A DNA stretch of 64,000 bases, counting the filler, from Perkinsus olseni (lineage: Eukaryota): assembly GCA_013115125.1 (NCBI GenBank). It is 3 parts of 3 records of this genome, joined end to end, with 100 filler letters (N's around TTAATTAATTAA, not from the genome) between each part and the next. Parts side by side here need not be neighbours in the genome. Positions count along the whole stretch, not along the records: positions 24,377 to 48,514 come from JABANN010000512.1; 2 more parts are not named here. The stretch is one strand, 5' to 3'. Under the pieces are notes generated by a model. The model did no database searches. It was not told the origin of the DNA and was given only the letters and a program-made list of their open reading frames with translations. Both the position numbers and the translations under genes were made by a program. Shown here in pieces: positions 36,401 to 48,614 of the stretch (positions are counted from its first letter, which is position 1; the number at the start of each line of letters is the position of its first letter).

Positions 36401-36708
36401 CCCTCGGCTAAATATCGGCGGGCACTAGCTGACTGATATTGAAACCGAGACCCCAAGCTTGGGTCTCGAGAAACACCGCGCCCGTGTCTAATAAGTAACA
36501 CTGACCGGCGTTCGAATCTCGACGAGAACTTCCCACTGCAAGCCATTCAGTGCCTCCTCGTGGGCGGCAAGTAGCTTGTTAAACTGCTCATGTTGCGTTG
36601 TGACGCCGTCGTACCGAGTTGTGACCTAAGGGTGACCTCTTAATCGGTCGGAGCCTATCACTCCCATCACCTCACTAAACTTTAGTGACCAAAGTTACTT
36701 TGGGGCGA

Positions 36709-38020
36709 ATGATTCGCCGCGAATCTATTTCTTACCTTGATGTGTGGTCACCTATGATTCGACTACTTCCTCAGGACCGTCTGTCCCGCTGGAGGAACGC
36801 TGATTGAGACGGATCCCTACAGGTTTCCGGCATTAGAAGACCTAGCTCAAGAGCTGATCTCGTCGACGCGAGCGGGTCACGTTCCCGCGGTTCTCAAGCA
36901 CATAGATGAGAACGATCACGATGGAGGAGTCCTCAAGGAGGTCTGGATTAACTGCCTTCAGAGGATACAGAATCTTCGCGTGGGATTATGGCAGCAGTAC
37001 CAGCTATCGGGGGCGAGGGCTAAGGCGGAGGTTCAAAGAAGTGTACTTCAAGGCTGTGTCATCTGCCTTGGTAGGCCCGAGGGAGGGAAAGGATGGGAGA
37101 TGAGGGCCGATGGACAGCCCGTCATGGGCTCCCTGCCATCTAGAGTTGATTCGTTCGAATGGCGTCGTAGTCTGTACGAATAGGGTTGCTGTTGATTGCA
37201 GGGACGCGGATGCTCATGCATAAGGCATCACGAGGCGCGAGTCGCATTGGCTCTGATGATCTTCGTCCGGGTTCGAGCTCCCTTCCGAGGTTGGCATGCG
37301 TCGCAGGTCCTAAATGGCCAAAGGACTCTCGGAAGGTTGTCGAGCGGAGGTTAACGGAGTTCGGAGCCGCGGTCTGGCATAATCCTCTTAAGGCTAGGTG
37401 GGAGGAAGTGACACATATCATTTGTTGGCGGCCAGAGGTTGATGATGAGGTAAGACCTCGTTCGGGGGACGCCGGCCTCGGATCTTGCTAGCTGGATATG
37501 TCTCAGTGGCGGAAGAAGGTTAACCTGCCGGCCGACCTGTGGGCAGCATCTAAGATAAGCGTCGTTCACAGGGCGTGGGCGGCGAGAGTCTTTGCCTTAT
37601 GGATCAGGCCGCTGGAGGAAACATTCAAAGTAGGGCTTAGGACTGGTGGTAGATGATTATCGCTGTCACTTGTAGATGGACCGTGTTAAGAGTGTGCTGG
37701 GTGGCGAGGGAAAGAAAGCGGCGGCTTTAGACTGGACTGAGGCGTCACACTGGACGATCATGAACACTATGTTATATTGACAAGTGCTAGTGACGACGAG
37801 CTTCTGTACGAGGTGATTCAATAGGATGGTGAACTGAGTATATTCCCGTAGGGGACGGAGTAGACGAGAGCAGGGTGGGCAGTTGATGAACTGATGCTGT
37901 ACATAGCGCAGCGGGATCCGCTCACAGCGGAGTCTCTCAGCGAAGTGAGTTGCAAGAGCGTGTTAACAGTCTTGAGTTAGTAATGTAAATCTGGCTGCAT
38001 ATCCTTCGGGCTAATCTGAG
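36709..38020 (+). CDS. BRCT-like domain protein (spliced; boundaries approximate)
   Basis: KVVERRLTEFGAAVWH..EVTHIIC and a later AVVHRAW fit the BRCT pattern (G-x-V, THLI, VV-x-x-x-W). Confidence 0.45.
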
Positions 38021-38070
38021 GAGGCGCTTCTCGACAAGACTGCATTCAAGTACCTAGTTTTGTTGAAATC

Positions 38071-40574
38071 ATGTCGAGCAATTCTCTCCCTCCACCTGCA
38101 CTCACTCTAGCGGAGTAAGCTGAGGAGGCTCCACGCTACTGTAGAGGGTGGAACAACGCTAAGGGGACCAAGCTGGACATGTGGATTGAGGATGTCAAAG
38201 GAGAGATCCCTGAAGATATTCGAGGTGACTCCGGAGGGCCATCGTGATACCGTTGGCCGGCGCCATCGTTCGGATAGCAGCCGCTCTCGGCCTTCGGAAT
38301 TCTGTAGATTCCGCGTCGTGATCAGTAGCCTTTCCGCAGCCCCTTAGCAGGCGGCTTGGCAACGCCATAGACCTTCTCTTAGGCACATTCATACGTAACG
38401 GCCCTGGTTTACTCAATGTGTATGGAGAGGAGTTGAAGCACCCAATAGACGGCGATGGCCTCGTGGTCGCCCTGGCTTTTAATAACGGCCGAGCTCACTT
38501 GAGAAGCAGGTGATAGTCGTCATGCTCTCTGTATTTTGTACAGATTGGCTACCACCACATTCTGGTTTATATCAGATTTGTATCCACGTTCTCCCATCGA
38601 GCTGAGGAGGCTGCTGGGAGAATGCTCTACCCTGGTCAGATGGGCTCCGAGCCAAAGTTGCCGGCAGTACCAAGGAGGTTGGATACTGTTTCAAGCCCTC
38701 CTTTCGGAGCGTATCTTGGTTCAGATGGCGCGACCCGAGCCACACTAATGTCCTCTGTTGGGGAGGGAGGGTTTTGTCATTCCACGAGTAAGCCGCTTCT
38801 GGGCTCTTCCTTGATAACTACATCCCACTTGAGCGCGTGGATAGCGTGTAGTTCATAGTGGCTAGGTATGCTCTACCACATCGCCTCTGTCCGAGAACAT
38901 TGGAGACTGTCCGGCAAAAGGAGGACTTGGGCAAATCACAGGTAATGATGTGCCCTGGGAACCATTATTCACCTAATCGTTCGTGCAAGCGAATGAGCCC
39001 AATGGTGGTCGTTAGAGAGTAGTGGAAATGACAGGAATCCTGTCACAGGATATTCACTCAGTCCCCCTCCCGATTGCTTCGGCCAAACATCTCTTATGCC
39101 AAGTCCTCAGACCTTACGACGAACGAGCGCCCATTTCCGGGTCGACGGTCATTCGAGAAGACTCGTGACCGTATCTTTCGAGTCCAAGTCGAGCCAAGTG
39201 CAGTTCAATGAGTATGACCAACACTGGAAGCATCAAAAGCAAATTACTCATCAAATACCCGGCCTGACCTACGTAAGGCGTCTATACCTTATTCTTTGAC
39301 CTTATAGAGTGGGAACGAAACCGCCTTAGGTCCATGACTTTGTCCTTACTCCCGATTTCTATATTGTCCACATGACACCTTTCGTCTCACTAGACGACTT
39401 CAAGCACACGAAACAGGCCCCTGGACTGCTCATGAAGTCATAACAACCTCTCACACTGGTGGGCCGGCTAGCTCATACTGTAGGTATCATCCGGAACTGC
39501 CCAGTCGGCTGGTTGTCATCCCAAGGAGTGGCGATGGCCCGGTGGGCTCAGGGCCCTGACCAAGCGAGTCCGTGGCACCATCCGAGATCAGGTCCGGCAA
39601 TGCGGCATTATGCCGTTTCATATCTTTCATTTCGCGCACTGCGACCAGAAGGAGCGGAACGGCAAAGTCGCCATTGAGCTCTCGGCCCTTTGCTTGCCTG
39701 AGGAGTTTACTATGGAGTTCAAGGACAAGTTCTTCCTGTCCAACTCTAATGACGCGCCAGGTACAGATCATGCCATATGGTGGTCCCGAACCCACTTCGT
39801 GCGGTGGCCGGACCATACTGCAATACCTTCACGGCTCGGACTTTCTCAGACGATTCAATCTCCGAATCGGATCGGGCTCTCTCCTGTCTGCGGTGCCTTT
39901 GTATCACGTTCAGTTTCATCTCTCTCAGGTCAGATGTTCCACTTCTCATTAACGTTTTCTCCGGGAAAGGATTCAGTCACAGCAGAATGTGTCGGAACCC
40001 GCAGGCTGGGTGGCCCAGCTTGCGGCGAGTTCCCCACTGTTCATCCTTTGAGCCACGTTGTACCTGGTAGGCAGGTCTACTCAATCACGCGCTGTTATCG
40101 CAACTTTTGCTCAGCGTCGAATCGATTCATCTACCTGATGGGAAATACCAGCAAGCGAGTTCCCTTCACTTCTGTCATCAAAATCGACAGGCAGGCTCCT
40201 GTAGGACGGGAGGTCCATGATTGATTCAGTTGCCGGATTTGTGAAATTCTCGGTCGTCGGGCTAGGGGAAGCGCAGTTGGTACCTCTCCATCGCCTCTTC
40301 AGGAAACTCCGGTGAGCATGTGGAAGAGCCCTCCAGGATGCACAGTGGGCGAACCGGTCTTCTGCCCGAGGGTTGATAGGAAAGGGAAGGTCCCGCGTAC
40401 TGCAGCGGAAGAGGAGGATGGTTACATAGTCGTAGGTTGGGGGTTCGATCCTTGGCGGCTACTTCTGGCGGCGTATTCCCGAATTCTCAGGTACAAGTTT
40501 ACGACTCTGGGAGGCACTCTACATATTTCGCTCTTCTAGACGCGAGAGACATCTCTATAGGGCCTATCTGTGAA
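38071..40574 (+). CDS. Carotenoid cleavage / lignostilbene dioxygenase family (RPE65 fold); last exon not found
   Basis: GTFIRNGPG, HPIDGDG, SAHFRVD, YVHDFVLT, HIFHFAH, CEFPTV, GEPVFCPR, EEDGYIV, FALLDARD. Confidence 0.88.
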
Positions 40575-40599
40575 GTAAACCGTGATCGCTCTCGCGAGC

Positions 40600-43500
40600 G
40601 CAGGCGCAGAATTTCGATTTCAACTTGAATTTTTGAACCAACTTGGATGAGCATAGTGAGGGGCGGCTCGTTCCGTACAAGCCGGTCCTGACCATAGGAA
40701 ATCCAGTTAGGCTAGGATTCTTTTTTATCTTTCGTTGATTGTCCGCGAACCGTTACGTTGATGGTTGATACGACGCTTTCGCAACGCCAGAGGGATGGAA
40801 TCAAATCGAATTCTCGCGCTCCCCATCTCTTGCACCTCGTGCCCCAGTTACATACCAACACTTTCATTACTAACGGATTCCATGGGACATGGTCTGACGA
40901 GCTGCTGGGTGTTGGAGAGCCCGTCGGGAAATTGTGAATCGCCATTTTCAAGTATGTTTTGACCTTCTTCTCTCTAAAGCGCGTTTCGTTCCATTCAATT
41001 AGGAGCTTCTTTGCGGGTCCCAGTTTTATATTATAATGTCGCGCTGGCTTGTACGGACTAGGTTCCTCCGCGAGCAAGCGAGTCCGCGATTCTCAGCGTC
41101 AACTGCGATTATCCCGCGGACCGAGAAGAAGCAAGCAGGAGCTTTTCAATGGCCATTCATCCACCGCAAATCGATCACTAATGGCATACAGAAGGCCATA
41201 CTCGGAACTAAAGGTAACGGGATTATATTTTCTCCGAGATCCTCGTCGGGTCTTTCCTGGACATACGGCGCTATCGGGTTGAGCAACGTGCCCTTCATCG
41301 TCTGATTGAATCAGAATCAGATCGACTCAGCAAAGTTACTACTCAGGTTCATCGGATACTTCTATTACGTGGGTTGTCGGTCCCAGAGGGTGCGGAAAGA
41401 CTACCGCCATTATGTCTACTCCTGTACAGGCTTCACAAGCTGTCGCCCTCCAATTCGATTTCCTGAGCACGGAAGAGTAAGTCTGGTATCGAAGTAGCGG
41501 CAATGCTGGTTGTACATTCCTCTCCCGGGGGTTTTCATAACTCTGGAGGTTTGCTCGCCGACTCGAACCGCTGCCTCGTATTCACGCATCACGGTGGACT
41601 CCACGGGGTGGAGAGAGACTACTTGTTGTAGTTCGGTCTGTCGGGAGTCAGTGCTATCCGATTAAGCCATTAGACGATCAATCTACTATTGCTGAAAGCT
41701 CTTGCGGATGGCCTACCGTCTATAGGAAGAAGTTGGGTAAGATATTTGGAGATAGTTCCGATATTACCTATGGGCCTGACAATTCTACGGAAGAGGGAGC
41801 CCCTGTAGGTCTCACTTTCAATTCATTTGATGTCGATGATAACCAGAACGGGTCCCCCATTATTGACACTCAAGTTTGTCGGATGAGCGAGGCCATCCGT
41901 CACGAATGATCCGTATCAATCATGGCCTGAATGCGCTCCATCTAACAGTTAGGAGACATTTCTAAGAAATGATTTCTTCGTTACGAAAAAATTTGAACGA
42001 GAGTAAGAGTCGGAGGAGAAAGTAATCGGCAGTACCGAGTCGGAACATATAGTGGTACTCAAAACTGGCGGAGGCTGACAAGGATCGACTGCGGTACAAG
42101 CAGTGCAAGAGAGATCATTCTGAAGTCACAGTAGCCGAGTTCAAGGGCGGGGTAAGAGCGAACCTGAAGGCTCAGGCTGAGCGACTCCGTCCCGATGTTA
42201 CTGGAGGATGAGGCTAAGGTTCGTTCAGAGGGAAGTTCTACTCGACGTAAAACCGACCAAGGGTGTAGCGGAACGCTTGGATATTGGGAGTTATGGACAG
42301 ATGTCGAGTCTGTTTGTTACGAATCTCCTGCTCTGCCGTACACCATGTTCCGTAATGCGTTGATAGCAGCTGGTAGATTCTACAAGTTGAACGAAGACGT
42401 CATGGCAGACTACATCTTCAGAAATCTATCCCCTGGTCTTGCTTCTTCATACAGTCTTCACGAAACTGCAGTGCATGATGCAATTTGCCTCGCAAGTTTC
42501 GATCCCATGCATTCTCTTGAGTACGAATCGCTAGGCGATTTTACCACCCATCGAGCGCGTCGCTGCCTCACAGTCAGCCGTGTATTGTAGCGGTTTTGAT
42601 ATGCCGTTTTACCACTATTCGACTGTGATGATGTTGGGATTGCTCAGGCAAGACCTCGACGAGCTGAGCGCTGGCATGGAGCAGTCGTTACGGAAGCAGA
42701 TCCTTCGGGCTTGGTTCAAAGAGTGGACGGTTCAAGGCGTTTATCAGGGCATCTGCGACTTCTATCGAGAGCATCTAGGATGCGAGTTCGATGAAGTAGG
42801 CGCTTGGCAGCTATCGCGCTTATTCCCTGTGGTCGATAGGTCCTTCCTGAGTATCTCGCATCTTCACACTTGTCGCAATTGGTGCGGCAGAACGTCACAG
42901 GATACAAGCTGTGGGCACTGACGGTGCAGCACGGCGGCAACAATTCGGGAGAGGGCGCATTAGAACTCGGTAGATCTGCGGCCCATCCCTCGCTCGTCCG
43001 TTCCGTCCTGCTACGGGGCGGTAGGGACCAGGGCGCATTCCATCGGATGCTGTCAACCTTTCGTGGTCTGGGTTGATGCTCAGGAGTCTTCCCGTGTGGC
43101 CGGGTTTTCCTTTGCAGTATCAGCTTTCAACACCTTAGTGGCTGCAAACAGTTAGTTGTGTTTTGTCCTCAGGAAGCAAAATACTAAGCCACTACCTCCT
43201 GGCGAACAATGTCGTTAACAGAACATCTGTGCCGGTGAAGCTGCTGCTTCTCCTGTCCAACCGTATGCTCAAAAAGGACCAGAAGCTAGCTCTATGCCTG
43301 TATGTCATGGGTTAACGGTACCACTGTAGCTGCATACCAATAGTATCGTTTAAGATAGTCTGCAGTACCCAAACTAGATCCGCTATCGGAGTGAACGCGA
43401 CGGTCGCGGAGTTTTTCAGCTCTTTCGTGCGACCCTAAGCTTCTGCCACAACGCTTCGCTCACCTGCTAGGTTCCACGTCGATGTAGCTGATCGAAGTCC

Positions 43501-46385
43501 TAGGTCGTCTAACAAGGCTGGCCATTCCGAAGGGACGGTATAGCCTGCGCCAGCTGTTACTCTGCCCGACATGCTGCCCTCCTCAGAAAGACTTCCTTCC
43601 CCAACTGATGGCCTGTGCTGTTGACACTGGAACGAATCTAGTGTTGGAGTGCGACGACAACATAACGCAGATCTCACTGATAGATCCCGAGAGCCACAGC
43701 GTCGTAGAATTGGCCGATTTCACCATGGAATCTGTGAGCCTTGGGCCAGTCACGACCGCTGGAACCCTTGCACTAGGTTCGCCACGTATTCGTTCCCAAT
43801 CTTCTCTCCGACCGTCCGACAGCAACAGCCGAAGGTACCTGCTGCCAGGACGTGCTGATGGCGCATTCGATTGGATATCAGGCCGGGCTGGCGATTACCA
43901 GCGGGACGATGCTGGGCACTTCGACGCCCTCTGGAGGCTGTTTGGCGGTCATCCAGCCACTCTCAGAAAACTCAGCGAGTGAGCCGGAAATCCGCTAGAT
44001 TTTTCGATGTGTTACCACTGAGGTACTTCGACGAGGCTACGAAGATGGATAAGGCGGAGCGGACGAAAAAGGAGATGGAGATGCGGGAGCATCGGAAGAG
44101 GGGCAAGATGCGGGACATAGTGTCCCCTTGCGTGTTTGAAGGGACGATACGAAAAAATGATGCGCTTAGGTGGGCACTTCCACTTACTCTTCCGGGGACT
44201 TGCGAAGCTAACTCGATCGCTCGGGAGCACCCGTGGGTTATCTGCTAGATTTGTCAGATTCCCTCGTTCGAATGGAGGAGGCTGCATGTCCTTTCAGGAA
44301 CTGCGCGACCGTTTTGATGAGCACCGACCCAAGTGCGCCGCTCCGTGCCGATCTGGCAATCTTCGACGAGCAGATAGCCGAGTTGATGAACAGTCGGCCT
44401 TTGCAGAATATTCGACGAGGACTCGCTGACTTGAGCTCAGGCTCTATGTGTCCGGTGAGGACCGCATCTTCCCGGACGGGAGCTATCTTTCTTGAGACTC
44501 TCAGGTGGAGTACAAAGTGATCGTGCTCGAGAGTGTCCGACATATCGTCAAGCGATGTACCAGGGATGGCGGGATAGTGGTGCCCGCAGGTCTCACACGT
44601 AGCTGGAGGGACCCGTGTTTATTCTTCGTGGCAAACTTGGCCACGTCACAGATGAGGCGCCGGTCGAGGGTCTCGTGAATAATGCGGCTGGCGATTTTCA
44701 AATAGGAGAAAGACCCAGCGTGAGTCGAGTGATGGAAGGCAGCTTCGTCTGTCAGTTGCTGATATCCGTCATCCAGTCGTGGTCGGCATGCTGCATGCCA
44801 ATCTCCTGTCCTGTAAATGGAAGCCTGTGCCAAGAGTCCAAGTGGCGAGTGTGTTGACGAGACGCCTCTTGCTCGACTGGGCCGACTCAGAGTTCGATGC
44901 GATGACTCCCATCGATAAGGCCAAGTACTAAGGACAGCAGTCAGTCGTTCTGTTCCATAGACGTCCTCGTTCGAGTCTCACGATCGCCGCGGCTGGCAGG
45001 TATAACCTCACAGCGATGCGAAACCGAAAGGACATCATCAATCAAGTTGATCATCTTGGGTTACGAGGAAGTCATGCTTTCACCTGACTCTTGTGCCTTT
45101 CCGACGTTACTGTTTCGGACACGTTCGTTTGAGTATTTTTGTTACACCGAGTTCTATGGTTGAGTCCGAGCCAAGGATACACGATGTTGTAATCAACTTC
45201 AAAGTGTGAACTGCTGGGAGGTTATGAGAACTGTCAATGCCACGTGGTAGTTGGAGCCCGTTGATAACTTGACGGACTACGAAAATTTTGATCGATATCA
45301 GTGCAGGGCCCAAGTTTCGCGGTAACAAACAGCTCCCACCTCACGATATAATTCCCGTTGAGTAAGGTCTGTGAACAATGTCTTTCGGTTTACTGATGAA
45401 AAACACTATGTTGGGTTGACACTAGAACGACCTCAAACGCGAGGACAGCATCAGTCATGAAGGCATGAACGAACGCCATTTTTCGTCAACAGCACTCAGA
45501 CTGTACGGAGGGGTTGCTTCAGAACAGGACGATCGATCAACAGTGACTGAGGGAAGCAGACGGAGCAACGGATTATGGGCATCTGGTTTCGTTTGAAGGT
45601 GTTGCACCTATCTCGTATTTCGCTCCTGACGGTCTCCCTGCAGCTCCCGGCGCTGTTAAGGTCGTCGTAGAAGTCGAGTGGAATCCTACCTGATGTTATG
45701 ATCTCCTAATTATGACGCGATAGAACTCGCATGATCGTGTTACAAGAGCAGCGAAACCTCGGGAATGTGAATCTTGAGCTTACTCTATTTCGTGTATGTA
45801 AATTGGAGTTGTGTTGCCCAGTCAACCTCCCACCAGGAAGGGTTGTATCAGACATGCCGTTACAGTGAATACTACTGAGTACGAAGGTCAGCCTAGCAGC
45901 TGAGCCTACTCCTCTCTTGGGGATAATGACCCCACCAGAGAAGGAAAGAATCATTAATCCGTAATCCGACAATCTAATCCGTAAATCTACACAATCCGTA
46001 ATTCCTTCGTTAGAAATTGTTCAACACTGTTTCACCGTCTAGATGTATAGAACGTAACGTCGCAAACATGCTGGACATACGAAGAGGTCGACACGGCTAT
46101 CCTGCGCACCCACTTGCCTTCATCATTCGGGGATACATGAGAACGCTGAAACAAACTGATACATTCCGATTTAGCTTTGTTCTCACACAACTGTTAACTG
46201 TTAGCGTTGTGAATTTGTGAGCAATCGTCGAGAAGAAGAACTCGTACTCCGATGAGCAACGGACTGCTTACAACTTTCACTACGTTTCAACACTGACAGC
46301 AATCGTTATTCGGAAAAACGAGCACCCTCAAGGTTAATTCGACCTCAACTATCCGGTGTATTGGTTAGAGGCTGAATTTTCTATG
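40600..46385. mobile_element. Degenerate repeat/transposon-derived region, possibly LTR-retrotransposon remnants
   Basis: Intron-poor broken ORFs; aspartic-protease-like CAVDTG at ~43610; integrase-like LIDISAGP at ~45290; many stops and frameshifts. Confidence 0.35.
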
Positions 46386-47869
46386 CAAACCCCGCGCTGA
46401 AAGTGCGTCCCACCCAACACTCGCAACTAAACTCGCCCACCCTTGCCAGAAATGTAGCCTGCGGCTCCAAATTGGTACTGTCGTGGCCCCACCACCGACA
46501 CACCCAATTTGGACAAGTAACTTCCCCCCAAACCCCGCAGGCTAACATTCGGCACTCTATCCGAAGTCTGTCGCCGAGCTCGTCGAGGTCACCTTTGCCA
46601 CACCGTGTACTACAATACTTATACAATCTATACAACCGCTCATCACCAGCTCTCCGGCTCCTGCAGCCAATCATCCCCCGGCCTCGAAATCTCGTTGTGG
46701 AAGGTTAGCTGTATCATCTCCGGCGCACCGTTAATCGAAGACGTGACCGGTGGTAGTTGTCGCAGGTTGTAGCCGGGATCGTCGTCGCGTGGCCACTGCT
46801 GATACTCGAGGAAGCGGTCGTCGTTAATGACACCCAGGTTGTTTGTAGCTCCCATTCCGCCGGCATCTGGACGCGCGGCGTCAGTACTCGGTAAGTAGTG
46901 CTGTAGCCTCGTCGTAGTAGAGTAGCAGGGTTCCGCCCATGAGCCAATTGCCCGAGTTGCGTAGCCGGTGCCGTAAGTCACCAGCATCGACTCCTGAATG
47001 TAGAGGTCGACGGCAGGGCTCCGCCAACGTCCAAACACTTGTATCTCCTCCCTTGTGAGGCCGGCTCGCACCAGTAGCCATGCCCCACCCCGTCTCATAG
47101 AATGCGTGCCCCAATGGTACTTGTCATTATCGGTGACACCGACCCGACTGAGGTCTCCACGCAGGTTTCTCAACCAGGTGCGCTTGGCCCAGGGTTCGCC
47201 AGATGCTCTTGCAAACAGCCACTCTGTCGCCGGTCTCCCTATCCTCCTGGCCAGCTGCAGGAGGTCGTCCATAGTGTGTACCGGGCAGAGGCGCTGCCCC
47301 TCAGGGCCCGCCCCGCAGCAGCATCCGTGGGTCCTAGTTACGCCTTCCCCACCTATGTCGGTCTTGCTGCTGCTGATGAATAGTGATACCGAACAGTCGA
47401 CCAGGTTCACCGTGGCGTCGCTCAACTTGAGCCGAACCAATTCGGATACTCTCAGCATAAACCAGCACCCAATGATGTAACCCCACGATCGCTGGCAAGC
47501 CTCGTAGCCATCAGCGTCTTCACCCATCGCCAGCAGCTGATTCACAGACAGCGGCCTTACCTGCTTGCTGGGGCCGATCCCTCGTGAGCAGGCACGTTTC
47601 ACCCGCTTCAGGGCCTGCTTCTCAGCAACGCCCAGCGGGTAGCCCGCATCGGCGCTGGTGGCGGCGGCTTGCCGTATGTAGGAGTAAGCGCTACGGTACT
47701 TACACTCCTTGAGGATGGCGGCGACTTCTTCGATGGATTGCACCGTGAGGGGGTACTCCGCGTGGCCGAGCCGCTTTGTCAGCCTTTGCCAAAGTCTTTG
47801 CCGCGATCGCCGGGGCCCAACCGTTGTAGCGGCGTACACGTCGGCTCGCAGGACAAGTAACTTCCCCCC
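46386..47869 (-). mobile_element. Compact tyrosine-recombinase element (DIRS/Ngaro/PAT-like) with short split direct repeats
   Basis: A = GGACAAGTAACTTCCCCCC at 47851-47869 and 46511-46529; B = CAAACCCCGC at 46386-46395 and 46529-46538; YR ORF lies inside. Confidence 0.8.
46643..47839 (-). CDS. Tyrosine recombinase (phage-integrase family, DIRS-type)
   Basis: FMLRVSEL (R), SSKTD (K), LCPVH, THSMRRGGA (HxxR), FGRWRS (W), VDLYI (Y): complete catalytic set; intronless. Confidence 0.92.
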   Translation of the reverse strand: MYAATTVGPRRSRQRLWQRLTKRLGHAEYPLTVQSIEEVAAILKECKYRSAYSYIRQAAATSADAGYPLGVAEKQALKRVKRACSRGIGPSKQVRPLSVNQLLAMGEDADGYEACQRSWGYIIGCWFMLRVSELVRLKLSDATVNLVDCSVSLFISSSKTDIGGEGVTRTHGCCCGAGPEGQRLCPVHTMDDLLQLARRIGRPATEWLFARASGEPWAKRTWLRNLRGDLSRVGVTDNDKYHWGTHSMRRGGAWLLVRAGLTREEIQVFGRWRSPAVDLYIQESMLVTYGTGYATRAIGSWAEPCYSTTTRLQHYLPSTDAARPDAGGMGATNNLGVINDDRFLEYQQWPRDDDPGYNLRQLPPVTSSINGAPEMIQLTFHNEISRPGDDWLQEPESW

Positions 47870-48041
47870 TACGAGGAAAAGAAAGAAAAAAAAATGATGG
47901 GCTCAGGGCAACTGAGAGACTACGAATCGACAATGGTACGCTTTAACGGGGCTCCTCCAACCGAAAGGACTCGCCACGACACTGTAGGGTAGTCAGAGCT
48001 AGTGCTGGCGCGCGCGCTCTCATCGCTGGATTTGCACCACT

Positions 48042-48514
48042 CTACACTTTGTGTAGCGTTACAGGCAAGCGGCGGTCCCACTCAACGAGCTCGTCCCGAT
48101 GAAGTTTTCTTCTCACATCACCGGCGTTGCAAAGGACGTTAGACTCATCATCGGTGGCCAGCAGACCAGCACCCTCCTCATCATCACTATCAACAACATC
48201 AGCGGCGGCTTTCCTTCTACTCCTTCTGAACCGCGAAAAGATACTCGAACGCTCTTGGTTCTCAACCCTCGACTTTCTCAAGATCACATACTCAGACGTT
48301 TCTCCCAAGGGCGAGTCCATCCCTGGCACGATGACGGATATTACTCCGTTACAAAGTCGATGATATGTCACGTAGTAGTCTTCCTCGTCGTCTGCTTCCC
48401 TCAGAGTAAGGCTTGCTTCGCTAACCTGGCTCTTCTGGACGCCGAGAGAGACGCTTCTTCTCATTCGGCTACCGGTGTAGAAGCCGTCTTCCACTGACGA
48501 TTGAGGGAAGGGAT
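48042..48514 (-). CDS. Hypothetical intronless ORF fragment next to the gap, possibly transposon-derived
   Basis: 150-aa open frame; no recognised domain. Confidence 0.25.
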
Positions 48515-48614
48515 NNNNNNNNNNNNNNNNNNNNNNNNNNNNNNNNNNNNNNNNNNNNTTAATTAATTAANNNNNNNNNNNNNNNNNNNNNNNNNNNNNN
48601 NNNNNNNNNNNNNN
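48515..48614. other. Artificial contig-join linker
   Basis: N run + TTAATTAATTAA + N run, 100 nt. Confidence 0.97.

Noticed and set aside
41590-41631. HGGLHG as the missing last exon of the carotenoid oxygenase
   Set aside because: The context does not match the family's P-x-G-F/L-H-G terminus and no convincing in-frame acceptor is adjacent.
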